Both the position numbers and the translations under genes were made by a program. 64,000 nt of DNA from Alphaproteobacteria bacterium (GTDB lineage: Bacteria; Pseudomonadota; Alphaproteobacteria; MPNO01). The notes under the pieces are model-generated. The model made no database searches, was not told the DNA's origin, and saw only the letters and a list, made by a program, of their open reading frames with translations. Within the stretch, counting starts at the first letter, position 1; every line of letters starts with the position of its first letter. This document shows positions 1 through 10,008 of this stretch, one piece after another. The stretch spans positions 640,001 through 704,000 of the forward strand of contig OZ219866.1 of NCBI GenBank assembly GCA_964291675.2. The letters run 5' to 3'.

Positions 1-119
1 GCCGCGCCGTGGGGCGGCTGCGCGAGTGCGACGGCGCCTGGTGCGCGGTCGAGTTCGCGGGCCGCAACGGCTGGATCCGCAAGGTGGCGGTCTGGGGGGT
101 CGGCCCGGCGGACGGCTGA
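1..119 (+). CDS. 3' end of a bacterial SH3-domain protein (partial)
   Basis: Frame from nt 3 reads RAVGRLRECDGAWCAVEFAGRNGWIRKVAVWGVGPADG*. This resembles the C-x3-WC...GW...WG C-terminus of alphaproteobacterial SH3_4 proteins. Confidence 0.6.
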   Translation, partial: RAVGRLRECDGAWCAVEFAGRNGWIRKVAVWGVGPADG

Positions 120-139
120 ACCGGCGGGGCGCGGAGCGG

Positions 140-1000
140 TCAGGCCGGCACCGCGTGTTCCGACATGTCCCACCACACGCAGCCCATGCCGCAGCGCAGC
201 TCGACCGCCGGCTCGTAGCAGATCGTCCGCGCCTTGCGCCCGCCGGCGGCGCCCATGGCGACCATCCAGGAGAGCAGCTCGGTGGTGCCGCCGTCGCCCG
301 CCCGGGCCATCTTCTCCAGCGTCGTCTCGGCCACCACCCTGTCGGGGTCGCCCGCTTCGAGAAGCGCGAGGAAGCCCCGGTCGAACGCCTCGTCGACCTG
401 GAAATACCGTGGGCCCCCGGGGTCGTGGCTGAGCCCGCCCGTGCCCATGATCGCGACCCGCTCGCCTTCGGGTCGGCAGAGGCGGACGATGTCGGCGAGC
501 TCCCGGCCGAGGCGGCAGCATTCCTCCGGGCTCGGCAAGGGCGGCACGATGCAGTTCATGTGGATGGGCACCAGCGGGATGTCGTAGTCCGGCGTCAGAT
601 AGAGCAGCGGCACCGACCAGTTGTCGTCGAACAGCAGCCGGTCCGACCAGGCGAGCCGAAGCCCGCGCCTGTCGCCCTCGCGGACCAGCGTGCGGGCGAG
701 CTCGGGATGGCCGGCGACCTCGTAGTCGGGGACGTTGAGCCAGTCGGAGAACCACTCCGCCGGGCCGCTCCAGCGCGCGGCCGTGCCGACGCAGAAATCG
801 GCGGCCGAGTCGAGCGGCAGGTTGAGGAGATGGTCGTTGGCGATGCCGACGATGGCGTCCGGCCGGGTCTCGCGCAGCATCCTGCCGAGCCCGTGGAACC
901 CCCGGGTCAGGCTCTCCTGCTCCTCCGGGCTCGCCCGGTCGAGCCAGCCGGTCAGCCCCGGCGCGTGCGACAGCGCGAGAACGGCAACGATTTCAGCCAT
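140..1000 (-). CDS. Class III extradiol ring-cleavage dioxygenase (LigB/MhpB-like)
   Basis: Motifs SHAPG, NDH, GTGGLSHDPGG and terminal E; ATG at 1000 preceded by GGAG. Confidence 0.85.
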   Translation of the reverse strand: MAEIVAVLALSHAPGLTGWLDRASPEEQESLTRGFHGLGRMLRETRPDAIVGIANDHLLNLPLDSAADFCVGTAARWSGPAEWFSDWLNVPDYEVAGHPELARTLVREGDRRGLRLAWSDRLLFDDNWSVPLLYLTPDYDIPLVPIHMNCIVPPLPSPEECCRLGRELADIVRLCRPEGERVAIMGTGGLSHDPGGPRYFQVDEAFDRGFLALLEAGDPDRVVAETTLEKMARAGDGGTTELLSWMVAMGAAGGRKARTICYEPAVELRCGMGCVWWDMSEHAVPA

Positions 1001-1236
1001 GGCGTCTCCCTCCGGGTCGAGCTTAGGGCATAACCGGGCGGGTTTGAACCATCGCGGCAAGGGCTCCCGAACGGCGGTGGCTCAGCTTGGAGTCCGGACG
1101 GCGACAAAACGATATGCAGGAGAGAGCCTCTATGTCTTCTGAGACGGCAGTCACCCGACAGTTCGGGCCGCCGGCGCGCAACAGCGTCGTTCTTGCCGGC
1201 GCTCACAGGCGGTCTTGAGCACCCGCGCAACGATCG

Positions 1237-1647
1237 TCAAAACACGAAGGAATAGGCCCCACTCCGCTCGAGACTCAGGTCGCCGCTCTGGAGAACATCC
1301 CGGCCGAGTACCGCGTCGAATTCACCGTCGATGCCATGAATGCTCGGTGCGTCAATGCTCTTGGGGCCGCTCCACTCTTGCGCCCCATCGTCGAACACTG
1401 CCACCCGCAGCTCGTAAAGGCTCGTGGTGTACAGGCCGGCCGCGGTGTTCATCTTGAAGCCTTCTCGCGCGGGAGCGATCGTCAGCGCATCGACGACGGC
1501 GCCGGTGATGCACGTTCTGCGCGCCCCGGTGTCGACGAGCGCCATGCAGCTATGGACCCTGCCGACTCCGAACCGAATTCCGCGCGGAAGAAAGCCCACC
1601 CTGAGCAGCAACCCACGGTTCCAGCTAGACCTTCCTTCAAGACGCAT
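1237..1647 (-). CDS. Retropepsin-like (clan AA) aspartic protease
   Basis: ALVDTGARRT catalytic motif and AVLGRDVL; start overlaps the upstream stop (TGATG at 1649-1645). Confidence 0.8.
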   Translation of the reverse strand: MRLEGRSSWNRGLLLRVGFLPRGIRFGVGRVHSCMALVDTGARRTCITGAVVDALTIAPAREGFKMNTAAGLYTTSLYELRVAVFDDGAQEWSGPKSIDAPSIHGIDGEFDAVLGRDVLQSGDLSLERSGAYSFVF

Positions 1648-1907
1648 CAGGGAAGGGGGCCCACATAGGCGGTTTCGTCAGTGACTTCCTGGATCGACCA
1701 GATCCCGTCGGCATACCTGGCTTCCGCCGCGGCCCGTGCTTGCGACCGCGTGTCGAAATAGTCGACGATCTGCTCGTCGCGCATGAGTGCGATCTTGCCG
1801 CGCTTCTGCTTGAGGATCCCGGGCAGCAGATTCTGGAAGGCTTCGAAATTCTGACGAACCTCCTCGTTGACCCGCCTCTCCCAATCCTGGTCTCTCCGTT
1901 GTTCCAT
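1647..1907 (-). CDS. Small DUF5678-like protein
   Basis: 86 aa from ATG 1907; pattern KRGKIALMRDEQIVDYFDT...AAAEARY...WSIQEV; translationally coupled to the protease. Confidence 0.65.
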   Translation of the reverse strand: MEQRRDQDWERRVNEEVRQNFEAFQNLLPGILKQKRGKIALMRDEQIVDYFDTRSQARAAAEARYADGIWSIQEVTDETAYVGPLP

Positions 1908-2294
1908 GGCCGAAGCCCTCCCGGTGTCGGTCGCGCCGACGATAGACGACGTACCTGCAAGTACCTGCACCAGAATATTCGGGAAGCCCCTCATCGGGGC
2001 AAACCCCCCCAACTCCATCAACAGTCCCGAGGGTGGGATTTGCCTTGCCGATCAGGACGCAAGACCGCTCTTCCCCGCAACCAGAACTTGTTTTCCAGAC
2101 CAAGCAACCCTCCGTCGGGTCGCAGGATGGCTGGGGGCGAGCCCGGGCGCTCGAAGATACGGCGTTCCTGACGCGCGTCAGGCCGGCGCGGATCTGAGCG
2201 CAATAGCAGGCGGTCGCCATGCTCGCCTCCCGACTTGCCATCTTGGCAATCGTCTCGCCGATGCTCTAACCTCAAAGAAACGGGAGGAGCTGCA

Positions 2295-3359
2295 ATGCAT
2301 AGCGCAATTCGATGGCTCGCGGCGCCGTTCGCCGTGGCCGCCGCACTGGCCGCCGGACCGGCGACCGCCAAGACGTTCAACCTGACCTTCGCCGCGCCGC
2401 AGGGCGAGCATATGACCTGGATCGCCTTGACCCGCACCGTGTTCATCGCCGGGGTGGACAAGCGGCTCGAGGGAACCGAGCACAAGATCAACTGGACCAC
2501 GGCCTATGGCGGCACGCTGTCGAAGGTGGGCGGCACGCTGGAAGTGATCGAGGAAGGCATCGCCGATGCCGGCATGCTCTATTCGCTGTTCGAGCAGGCC
2601 AAGCTGCCGCTGCAGAACGTCGCCTATATGGCGCCCTTCGGCTCCGACGACCTCGGCCTTGCGCTGCGCATCTTCCAGGAGCTGCACGACGAGCTGCCGG
2701 AGATGTCGGGGTCGTGGGAGAAGCACGGCCAAGTCTTCATCGCGCCGATCGGGTTCGACACGTTCTATCCGCTGACCAAGTTTCCGATCAAATCGCTCAA
2801 GGACCTCAAGGGCCGCAAGCTGGCGGGCGCCGGGGCGGTGTCGCTCTGGGAGGCGCCGATCGGCATCGTGCCCGTGCAGGGAAACTTCGCGGTCCATTTC
2901 AACAATCTCAAGACCGGGGTCTATGACGGGCTGATCGCCTTCACCACCGGCTACTACCCGAACAAGCTGCACGAGATCGCGCGCTACGCCACCAAGGTGA
3001 ATTTCGGCGCCATGCCGGGCGGCGGGGTGACCGTCAACAAGTCGGTCTGGGGCAAGCTGCCGGATGCGGTCAGGAAGGCGGTGCGCGAAGCGGGGGTCGA
3101 TTACCGCAACGCCCAGAACGAGAAGATGACCAAGCTGGTCGACACCTTTGAGGCCAAGATGAAGGCCGAGGGCGTGGTATTCTCGCAGCTGCCGCTCGAC
3201 CAGAAGCTCGCCTGGGCCAAGGCGATGCCCAACATCGCCAAGGAGTGGGCGGCCCGCGTCGAGGCCAAGGGCTTCGCCGGCAACAAGGTGCTCAAGGCCT
3301 ATATGGACAAGCTCCGCGCCAACAAGGTCCCGCTGGTGCGCGAGTGGGACAAGGAATAG
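2295..3359 (+). CDS. dctP: TRAP transporter substrate-binding protein
   Basis: Signal peptide; YGGTL and DLKGRK motifs; RBS GGAGGAG; followed by dctQM. Confidence 0.9.
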   Translation: MHSAIRWLAAPFAVAAALAAGPATAKTFNLTFAAPQGEHMTWIALTRTVFIAGVDKRLEGTEHKINWTTAYGGTLSKVGGTLEVIEEGIADAGMLYSLFEQAKLPLQNVAYMAPFGSDDLGLALRIFQELHDELPEMSGSWEKHGQVFIAPIGFDTFYPLTKFPIKSLKDLKGRKLAGAGAVSLWEAPIGIVPVQGNFAVHFNNLKTGVYDGLIAFTTGYYPNKLHEIARYATKVNFGAMPGGGVTVNKSVWGKLPDAVRKAVREAGVDYRNAQNEKMTKLVDTFEAKMKAEGVVFSQLPLDQKLAWAKAMPNIAKEWAARVEAKGFAGNKVLKAYMDKLRANKVPLVREWDKE

Positions 3360-3395
3360 GCTCCCGGGGCCGCGCGTGAAGCCGGCGGCCCCGCC

Positions 3396-3986
3396 ATGAC
3401 CGATCGGGCGACCCCGCCGGACGGACCCGGCTGGCGCCGCTTGCTCACCTTCGAGGCGGCGGTCTCGGCGCTCAACTCGCTGGGCAGCCTGTGGATCGCC
3501 GTCCTCATGGTGGTCATCATCGTCGACATCGTGGGGCGCACCGTGCTCTCGATGCCGCTGCGCGGCGTGCCCGAGCTGGTGAAGCTCTCGATCGTCGCCA
3601 TCGTGTTCATCCAGCTCGGCCACACGCTCAGGTCGGGCCGGATGACGCGCTCGGACGGGCTGTTGCGCATCTTCCGCGCCCGGCTGCCGCGGCTCTCGCA
3701 TGCGATGACGCTGCTCTTCAACCTGGTCGGCGCCGGGCTGTTCGTCCTGATCTTCGATGCGAGCTACCCGTTCTTCGTGGAAGCCTGGGTTACCGGCGAG
3801 TACGCCGGCATCCAGGGCTATGTCAGCTACCCGGTGTGGCCGGTGCGGCTGATCATCCTGATCGGCTGCGCGGTGGCGGCGGTCCAGTACGGCCTGTTCG
3901 CCTGGCGCGACGCCTCGGTGGTGGCCGGCCGGCTCCAACCCGCCGATCCGGCCGACCGCCAGCGGCTCGCGGAGATGCTGAAATGA
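3396..3986 (+). CDS. dctQ: TRAP transporter small permease
   Basis: About 4 TM segments; DIVGR...PLRGVPEL; PVWP. Confidence 0.9.
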   Translation: MTDRATPPDGPGWRRLLTFEAAVSALNSLGSLWIAVLMVVIIVDIVGRTVLSMPLRGVPELVKLSIVAIVFIQLGHTLRSGRMTRSDGLLRIFRARLPRLSHAMTLLFNLVGAGLFVLIFDASYPFFVEAWVTGEYAGIQGYVSYPVWPVRLIILIGCAVAAVQYGLFAWRDASVVAGRLQPADPADRQRLAEMLK

Positions 3987-5299
3987 GCGGCGTCGAGATC
4001 GGGCTGGTCTCGATCTGCGCGATCCTGCTGCTGATCTATCTCGGCATGCATGTCGCGGTCACGCTCTGCGTCGTCTCGCTGATCGGGGTGTGGGCGGTCA
4101 AGGGCAATGTCACGCTGGCGACCAAGCTCCTGGCCATCGCCGCCTACGACACCGTGGCGGGCTACGTGTTCGGCGTCGTCCCGCTGTTCGTCCTCATGGG
4201 GCTGCTGGTCAGCGTCTCCGATCTCGGCAAGGACGCCTATGTGGTCGCCAACATATTGATGCGGCGGGTGCGCGGCGGGCTCGGCATCGCCACCGTGGCC
4301 GCCAACGCCGTGTTCGCCGCGGTGACCGGTATCTCGGTCGCCTCGGCGGCGGTGTTCACCAAGCTCGCGGTGCCGGAGATGATCTCGCTCGGCTACCGGC
4401 CGCGCTTCGCCGTCGGCGTGGTCGCCGGCTCGTCGGTGCTCGGCATGCTGATCCCGCCCAGCCTGCTGCTGATCGTCTACGCCCTGCTGGCCGAGCAATC
4501 GATCGGCGACCTGTTCATCGCCGGCATCGTGCCCGGCATCCTGCTGTCGCTCGCCTTCGCGATCGCCATTCTCGGCATGGCGACGTTCCTGCCGAGGACG
4601 GTCATGCGCGAGGAAGCGGGCGAAGCCGCTTCCGGCGAGCCCGTGGAGTCCCTGGCGGCGGCGATCTTCCGCCTGTGGCCGCTGCCGGTGCTGGTCTTCG
4701 CGGTGATCGGCGGGATCTATCTCGGCTGGTTCACCCCTACCGAATCCGGCGCGGTCGGCGCGCTGGGCGCGCTGATCCTCGCGTTCGCGCGGCGCAAGCT
4801 CACCTGGGCCAATGTGTGGCAGGTCCTCGTCGAGACCGGCCACGTCACGGTCTCGATCCTGATGCTGATCATCGCCGCCAACATCTACACCAGGCTGCTG
4901 GCGCTGTCGGGCGTGCCGGTGTTCATCAACGACTTCGTCACCGGGCTCGAATTCGGCTTCTTCACGCTGCTGATCTTCTACGCCGTGATCATCGTCGTCA
5001 TGGGGACCATCCTCGACGGCATCTCGATCATGCTGATCATGATCCCGATCTTCCTGCCGCTGCTGGAGGGCTACAGCGTCGACCTGGTCTGGTTCGGGAT
5101 CGTCACCGTGATCGCGGTCGAGATCGGCCTGCTCACCCCGCCGCTCGGCCTGTCGGCCTATGTGATCAAGAGCACGCTGGACACCGACGAGATATCGCTC
5201 GCCGACATCTTCATCGGCGCCGCGCCGTTCGCGGTCGTCATGTTCGTCGTGCTGCTGCTGATCATCTTCTTCCCGTGGCTGGTGACCGGCTACGGCTGA
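3983..5299 (+). CDS. dctM: TRAP transporter large permease
   Basis: PLFVLMG, LGMLIPPS and EIGLLTPPLG motifs; ATGA overlap with dctQ. Confidence 0.92.
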   Translation: MSGVEIGLVSICAILLLIYLGMHVAVTLCVVSLIGVWAVKGNVTLATKLLAIAAYDTVAGYVFGVVPLFVLMGLLVSVSDLGKDAYVVANILMRRVRGGLGIATVAANAVFAAVTGISVASAAVFTKLAVPEMISLGYRPRFAVGVVAGSSVLGMLIPPSLLLIVYALLAEQSIGDLFIAGIVPGILLSLAFAIAILGMATFLPRTVMREEAGEAASGEPVESLAAAIFRLWPLPVLVFAVIGGIYLGWFTPTESGAVGALGALILAFARRKLTWANVWQVLVETGHVTVSILMLIIAANIYTRLLALSGVPVFINDFVTGLEFGFFTLLIFYAVIIVVMGTILDGISIMLIMIPIFLPLLEGYSVDLVWFGIVTVIAVEIGLLTPPLGLSAYVIKSTLDTDEISLADIFIGAAPFAVVMFVVLLLIIFFPWLVTGYG

Positions 5300-5333
5300 C
5301 GAGCCTCACGCAAACGGACAGGAGGCCTGACCC

Positions 5334-6113
5334 ATGAGCTATCGCGTCACACCGCTCCTGCTGGGCGATGCCGTGGTGCCGGACGTGCTCGACGTGTTCT
5401 GGAGCCTGACCAAGTCGCGCGGCGCCTCGTCGGTGCCGATCCTCGCCTTCCTGATCGAGGGGACGCCGGACGGCCCGCTCCTGATCGACACCGGCATGCG
5501 CGACGCCGAGCGGGCGCAGGAGGTGCACGGGCTCGGCCCGCACAACGTGCCCGACGACCAGACAATCCCGGCGCAGCTCGCCAGGCACGGCTACGCGCCG
5601 GAGGACATCGGATATGTCCACCTGACCCACCTCCACTACGACCACGCCGGGGGCTGCAACCTGCTGCCCAACGCGCGCTTCGTGATGCAGCGCACCGAGC
5701 TGATGGCGGCGGCCGCGCCGATGGGTCCCGAGCAGCTCGACATCGGCGGCAAGGGCCTGTTCTTCGACCGCGCGGACGTAGCCGACCTCGTCGACCCGCT
5801 ATGGAGCCGGGTCGACCTGATGGAGGGAGATTACGAGCCCTGTCCCGGGATCCGCTGCGTGCTGTACGCCAACTCGCACACGCCGGGCCATCAGGCGATC
5901 TATGTCGAGACCGCGGACGGCACCGTCGCGATCATCGGCGACATCGCGCGCAAGCTCGATCTCAACATCGAGCAGGAGATCCTGCCCGGCATCTACTACG
6001 ACCTCGATTCGATGCGCCGGGCGCTGATCGACATCAAGTCGCGCGCCGACGTGATCCTGCCGACGCATGACTGGAACGTGCTGCCGGGCGGCAAGCCGGA
6101 CGGGGTGGACTGA
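5334..6113 (+). CDS. MBL-fold hydrolase, N-acyl-homoserine lactonase (AiiA/AttM)-like
   Basis: LIDTG, THLHYDHAGG, HTPGHQ, GD and PTHD motifs. Confidence 0.85.
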   Translation: MSYRVTPLLLGDAVVPDVLDVFWSLTKSRGASSVPILAFLIEGTPDGPLLIDTGMRDAERAQEVHGLGPHNVPDDQTIPAQLARHGYAPEDIGYVHLTHLHYDHAGGCNLLPNARFVMQRTELMAAAAPMGPEQLDIGGKGLFFDRADVADLVDPLWSRVDLMEGDYEPCPGIRCVLYANSHTPGHQAIYVETADGTVAIIGDIARKLDLNIEQEILPGIYYDLDSMRRALIDIKSRADVILPTHDWNVLPGGKPDGVD

Positions 6114-6149
6114 GGCGGGCCATGACGCGGGGGGAGTCGCCGACGCCCC

Positions 6150-6250
6150 CTCCCGTCAGGCCCGGGCTTGTTCGGGGCACCCATGCGCGGCGCCGGGCGC
6201 GGCCCGCCCTCATCCTGAGTAGCCCGCCGCAGGCGGGCGTATCGAAGGAC
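6150..6250. repeat. REP-like palindromes between convergent genes
   Basis: Degenerate CGTC-type element (cgtcaggcccgggcttgttcggggcacc) plus ctcatcctgagtagcccgccgcaggcgggcgtatcgaagga. Confidence 0.6.
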
Positions 6251-6258
6251 GGCGTGGA

Positions 6259-6855
6259 CTACCGCGTGTCGGGCGACCAGCCGGGGCCGGCGAGCTCGGT
6301 CGGCAGGTCGCCGGTGTAGCTCTCTGCGTTCTCCACCTGCTCGACCCAGTCGAGCCCCATCGCCTTAAAAATCCGGTTGGTCATGACGATCAGCCGGGCC
6401 CCGTTGTCGGGATCGGTGTTGACGTGCTGCTTGATGCAGTAGGCGGGGATGAAGACGAAATCGCCCCTGGTCCACTCGAACTTCCGGGGCTCCTCGGCCC
6501 AGCTCCATTCGAACTCGACATCGACCTCGAACCGGACGTCCCAGTGGAGGTCGTATCCCGAGCCCTCGGCGACATAGACGATCTGCTCGGCGAGCTTGCG
6601 CGACCTGCCCGACTTCCCGCCGGGCTCGAGGAACTGCATGTAGATGTCGAGGCAGCACTCGGTGGTGTTGAGCTTCTCGTGCACCATGTGCTTCAAGAGG
6701 CCGTCGGGCGAGTTCTCGAACGGCATGTCCCTGGCCTTGACCACGGTCAGCCGCTGGCGGTAGTCGCTGCGGAACTCGGCCGATTCGCCCAGCCACTCGG
6801 CGTAGATGTCGGCCGTCCGGTCGCCCTCTCTCGCGATGTCCTTCTCGTCCGCCAC
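6259..6855 (-). CDS. Cupin-domain protein (degenerate metal site)
   Basis: Cupin strand pattern EQIVYVAEGSGYD...WTRGDFVFIP...QHVN; HxH replaced by SRK; GTG start with AGAGGAG RBS. Confidence 0.75.
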   Translation of the reverse strand: MADEKDIAREGDRTADIYAEWLGESAEFRSDYRQRLTVVKARDMPFENSPDGLLKHMVHEKLNTTECCLDIYMQFLEPGGKSGRSRKLAEQIVYVAEGSGYDLHWDVRFEVDVEFEWSWAEEPRKFEWTRGDFVFIPAYCIKQHVNTDPDNGARLIVMTNRIFKAMGLDWVEQVENAESYTGDLPTELAGPGWSPDTR

Positions 6856-6874
6856 TCGGGTCGCTCCTCTTCGG

Positions 6875-7477
6875 TCAGATGTCGGCGGGAGGCGTCCAGT
6901 CCTCCCAGCCGGGCACGGGCTCCTTGGGCGGGTACTTGGCGATCTTCTGGAACAGCATGTGCATGAACAGGAAGAGCGGCTTGGCCTTCATCACCAGCAG
7001 CACCAGGTCCTCGTCTTCCGAGGCGTTGAAGTGCTGGTGAACGCAGCCGTTCTCCACCACCATGATGTCGCCCGCCTCGTAGTCGAAGCGCTTGCCGTCG
7101 TGGATGTCGTAGCCCTTGCCGCGCAGGCAGTAGAAGATCGCCGAGTTCATGTGGCCGTGGCGCTGACCGGTGCCCTTCGGCGCGATCACCGAGATATGGG
7201 TCTCGATGGATTGCGCGATGTCGGTCTTCATCGGGTTGACGATCGACTTGTCGAACAGCTGCGGCCCGCCGCGCCATTCCTGGTCGGCGGCCGAGTACAC
7301 CCGGGGCTGGTTGTAGAGCTCCTCCTGGAGCTCGCCATAGGTGCCTTCCAGCGCCCGGACGAAGGTGCGCTTGCGCTGCCAGCGCTCCCAGACGACTTCC
7401 TTCGGCTGGTTGTGGCCGAGACCGGCCTGCCTGGTGCCGGCCTCGATGCCGCCCGCCTCCGTCGACCGATCCGCCAT
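6875..7477 (-). CDS. Cupin-domain protein (gentisate dioxygenase-like fold)
   Basis: HGHMNSAIFYCLRGKG...GD...HQHFN. Confidence 0.8.
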   Translation of the reverse strand: MADRSTEAGGIEAGTRQAGLGHNQPKEVVWERWQRKRTFVRALEGTYGELQEELYNQPRVYSAADQEWRGGPQLFDKSIVNPMKTDIAQSIETHISVIAPKGTGQRHGHMNSAIFYCLRGKGYDIHDGKRFDYEAGDIMVVENGCVHQHFNASEDEDLVLLVMKAKPLFLFMHMLFQKIAKYPPKEPVPGWEDWTPPADI

Positions 7478-7560
7478 GCGTCCGGACCCCTTGAATCGCT
7501 GCATCGGTGGTGTGCCTGGATTATATTTGGCGCGGTCGGGCTGTCCAGCCGGAGGCCGGG

Positions 7561-8424
7561 ATGGGGATGAGGATCGCTGCGCTGTCGGACGCGCTCGGGG
7601 CGGAGATCGCCGGCATCGACATCGCCCGCGGGCTCGACGCGGCGGCGTTCGGGGCGCTGCGCGCGGCCTTCCTCCGCTACCGCGTGCTGGCGTTCCGCGA
7701 GCAGTATCTGAGCCCGGGCGACCAGGTGGCCTTCTCCGCCCGCTTCGGCCCGCTCGAGGAGCATGACAACCGGCGCTACAACCTGCCCGACCAGCCGCAT
7801 GTCATGGTGCTGTCGAACGACCTTGTGGACGGCGAGCCGGTGGGCGTGCCGGATGCCGGGGATTCCTGGCACACGGATCTCTCCTTCAAGGAGACGCCGA
7901 GCCTCTGCACCCTGTTGCAGGCGGTGAGACTGCCGAACGAGGGCGGCGATACCGCGTTTGCCTGCATGACAAGGGCCTATGCCGCGCTGCCCGCGGCGAT
8001 CAAGTCCCGCATCGCGGGAAGGCGCGCGATCCACAACCCGAGCAAGCTCGCCAACCCGCGGGTCGCGATCTCGCCGCTCAGGAAGGACGCGGCGGCGTTC
8101 TATGCCGGGCAGAGCGCGCGCTTCGCCGAGGTCGCGCACCCGATGGTGAGGACCCATCCCGAGACCGGCGAGAAATCGCTCTACGTCCAGCCGCGCTTCA
8201 CCATCGGCATCGAGGGCATGGAGGACGAAGAGGCCCAGCCTCTGCTCGACGAGTTGTTCGCGCACCAGATCCGCCCGGAATTCGTCTACCGGCACAGATG
8301 GCGCGAGGGCGACCTGGTGATGTGGGACAACCGCTGCCTGATCCACCACGCGACCGGCGGCTATCTCTACCCCGACATCCGCACCATGCACCGCACCACG
8401 GTGCTGGGCGACCGGCCCTTCTGA
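7561..8424 (+). CDS. TauD/TfdA family Fe(II)/2-oxoglutarate dioxygenase
   Basis: WHTD, GGDTAF, HPMVRTHPETG, WDNRCLIH and RTMHR motifs. Confidence 0.92.
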   Translation: MGMRIAALSDALGAEIAGIDIARGLDAAAFGALRAAFLRYRVLAFREQYLSPGDQVAFSARFGPLEEHDNRRYNLPDQPHVMVLSNDLVDGEPVGVPDAGDSWHTDLSFKETPSLCTLLQAVRLPNEGGDTAFACMTRAYAALPAAIKSRIAGRRAIHNPSKLANPRVAISPLRKDAAAFYAGQSARFAEVAHPMVRTHPETGEKSLYVQPRFTIGIEGMEDEEAQPLLDELFAHQIRPEFVYRHRWREGDLVMWDNRCLIHHATGGYLYPDIRTMHRTTVLGDRPF

Positions 8425-8433
8425 GGCGCCCGG

Positions 8434-9441
8434 TCAGTCGGCGAATTCGTCGCGCAGCATGTGCAGGCGCTTCAGCATCTCGCGGTCGGAGACCTCGAAC
8501 AGCCAGGCGCCGTCGCTCTCCGCGGCGTGGCTGATCCAATGGCCGTGCGGCAGGGAGACGATGTCGTGCCGGCGCCATTCCAGCGTGGTCTCGCCGATCT
8601 CCGAGCGCCCCTCGCCGCCGACCACGATGAAGGCGGAGTTGCTGTTCGAGCGATAGCCGCGCGTCTTCCCGCCGCGGGCGAGCGAGAGCAGCGAGCACTC
8701 CATCGTCGCCATGGTGGGGCCGCCGGTGAGCGGGTTGGCGTACAGCATGCGGCGGCTGCCGTCGGGCGCCGGCGGCAGCGCGGCCAAGGCGTCGCGCGCG
8801 GTCTCCCACGGGTAGCGGAACAGCGGCGAATAGGCCATGTCCGCCGCGCCGGAGACCGGCACGAAGCCCGGCGCCGCGAAGGCCTCGTCCGGCGGCAGCT
8901 CGGGCAGGTCGCGGGCCGGGCCCGGCTCGAATTCGCCGGTGTCGAGATAGTGGTGGAACGGCACGTCCAGCACGTCGAGCCAGATCATGCGCTCGTCGCC
9001 CTCGTGGACATGCTCGTGCCAGGTCCAGCCCGGGGTGAGCACCATGTCGCCGGGCTCCATCGGGCAGGGCTTGCCGTCGACGATGGTGGTCGCGCCCGTC
9101 CCCTCCATGACGAAGCGCAGCGCGTTCATCGAGTGGCGGTGCGGGCGCGCGGTCTCGCCCGGCATCAGGATTTGCAGGTTGAAGCCGAGCGTGAGGCCGG
9201 AGCCCCGGCTGCGACCGGACTCCAGCAGCGCCGGGTTGTTGAGCACCAGCACCCGGCGCTCGGCGTCGCTCATCGAGGTCGCCTCGATCGCCGTCTCCAG
9301 CAGCGGCTCCAGCGTCTCCCAGCGCCAGATATGCGGCGGCTCGGGCGGCCGGTTTGTGGTGTCCTCCAGCTCCCAGAGCGCAACGACGTTGGCCGCCTCC
9401 ATCGCGGCGTGGAAATCGGCAAGGGCCACGCGCTCGTTCAT
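8434..9441 (-). CDS. Gentisate 1,2-dioxygenase family bicupin
   Basis: AERRVLVLNNP, QILMPGETARPHRH, TPGWTWHEH, WLDVLDVP and FRYPW motifs. Confidence 0.88.
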   Translation of the reverse strand: MNERVALADFHAAMEAANVVALWELEDTTNRPPEPPHIWRWETLEPLLETAIEATSMSDAERRVLVLNNPALLESGRSRGSGLTLGFNLQILMPGETARPHRHSMNALRFVMEGTGATTIVDGKPCPMEPGDMVLTPGWTWHEHVHEGDERMIWLDVLDVPFHHYLDTGEFEPGPARDLPELPPDEAFAAPGFVPVSGAADMAYSPLFRYPWETARDALAALPPAPDGSRRMLYANPLTGGPTMATMECSLLSLARGGKTRGYRSNSNSAFIVVGGEGRSEIGETTLEWRRHDIVSLPHGHWISHAAESDGAWLFEVSDREMLKRLHMLRDEFAD

Positions 9442-9586
9442 CGCCGCCTCCTGTTCCGGCCGGTGGTCGCGGATTGTGACGCGAAGCGCGGCCGGGGCCA
9501 ACCGAAACCGGGCCGCTTGATCCGGCGGGCTCCGGGCGCATATTTGCCCGCTGGCTCGTCGAGCCCCCGCCATTTCGAGAGAGAGA

Positions 9587-9991
9587 ATGACCGATCATCA
9601 CAGCGCGCTGATCTATGCCATGGTCCTCGCCTCCGCCGCCGACCGCGAGATGACCGATTCCGAGCTTCGCCGCATCGGCCAGATCGTCGACCGGCTGCCG
9701 GTGTTCGACGACTTCGATAGCGACACGCTGGCCGCGCGGGCGGCCGAGTGCGCCGAGCTGCTCAACGCCGAGGACGGGCTCGAAGCCGCGATCGAGGCGA
9801 TCCGCGGCGCCCTGCCGCAGAAGCTGCGCGAGACCGCCTACGCGGTGGCCTGCGAGATCGTCGTCGCCGACGGCAGGGTGGCGCAGGAAGAGCTCCGCCT
9901 GCTGGAGATGCTGGCCGAGGGCCTGCCCATCGACCGCCTCGCGGCGGCCGCGATCGAGCGCGGCGCGAGGGCGCGCCACATGAGGCTCTGA
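9587..9991 (+). CDS. TerB family protein
   Basis: ALIYAMVLASAAD...ETAYAVACEIVVADG...EELRLL...AAAIER. Confidence 0.8.
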   Translation: MTDHHSALIYAMVLASAADREMTDSELRRIGQIVDRLPVFDDFDSDTLAARAAECAELLNAEDGLEAAIEAIRGALPQKLRETAYAVACEIVVADGRVAQEELRLLEMLAEGLPIDRLAAAAIERGARARHMRL

Positions 9992-10008
9992 GCGCCCCGG
10001 ACCGCGCG

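Noticed and set aside
2178-3938. Long antisense ORFs opposite real genes (many across the window)
   Set aside because: Expected in high-GC DNA with strong codon bias; they are Arg/Ala/Gly-rich and lack motifs.
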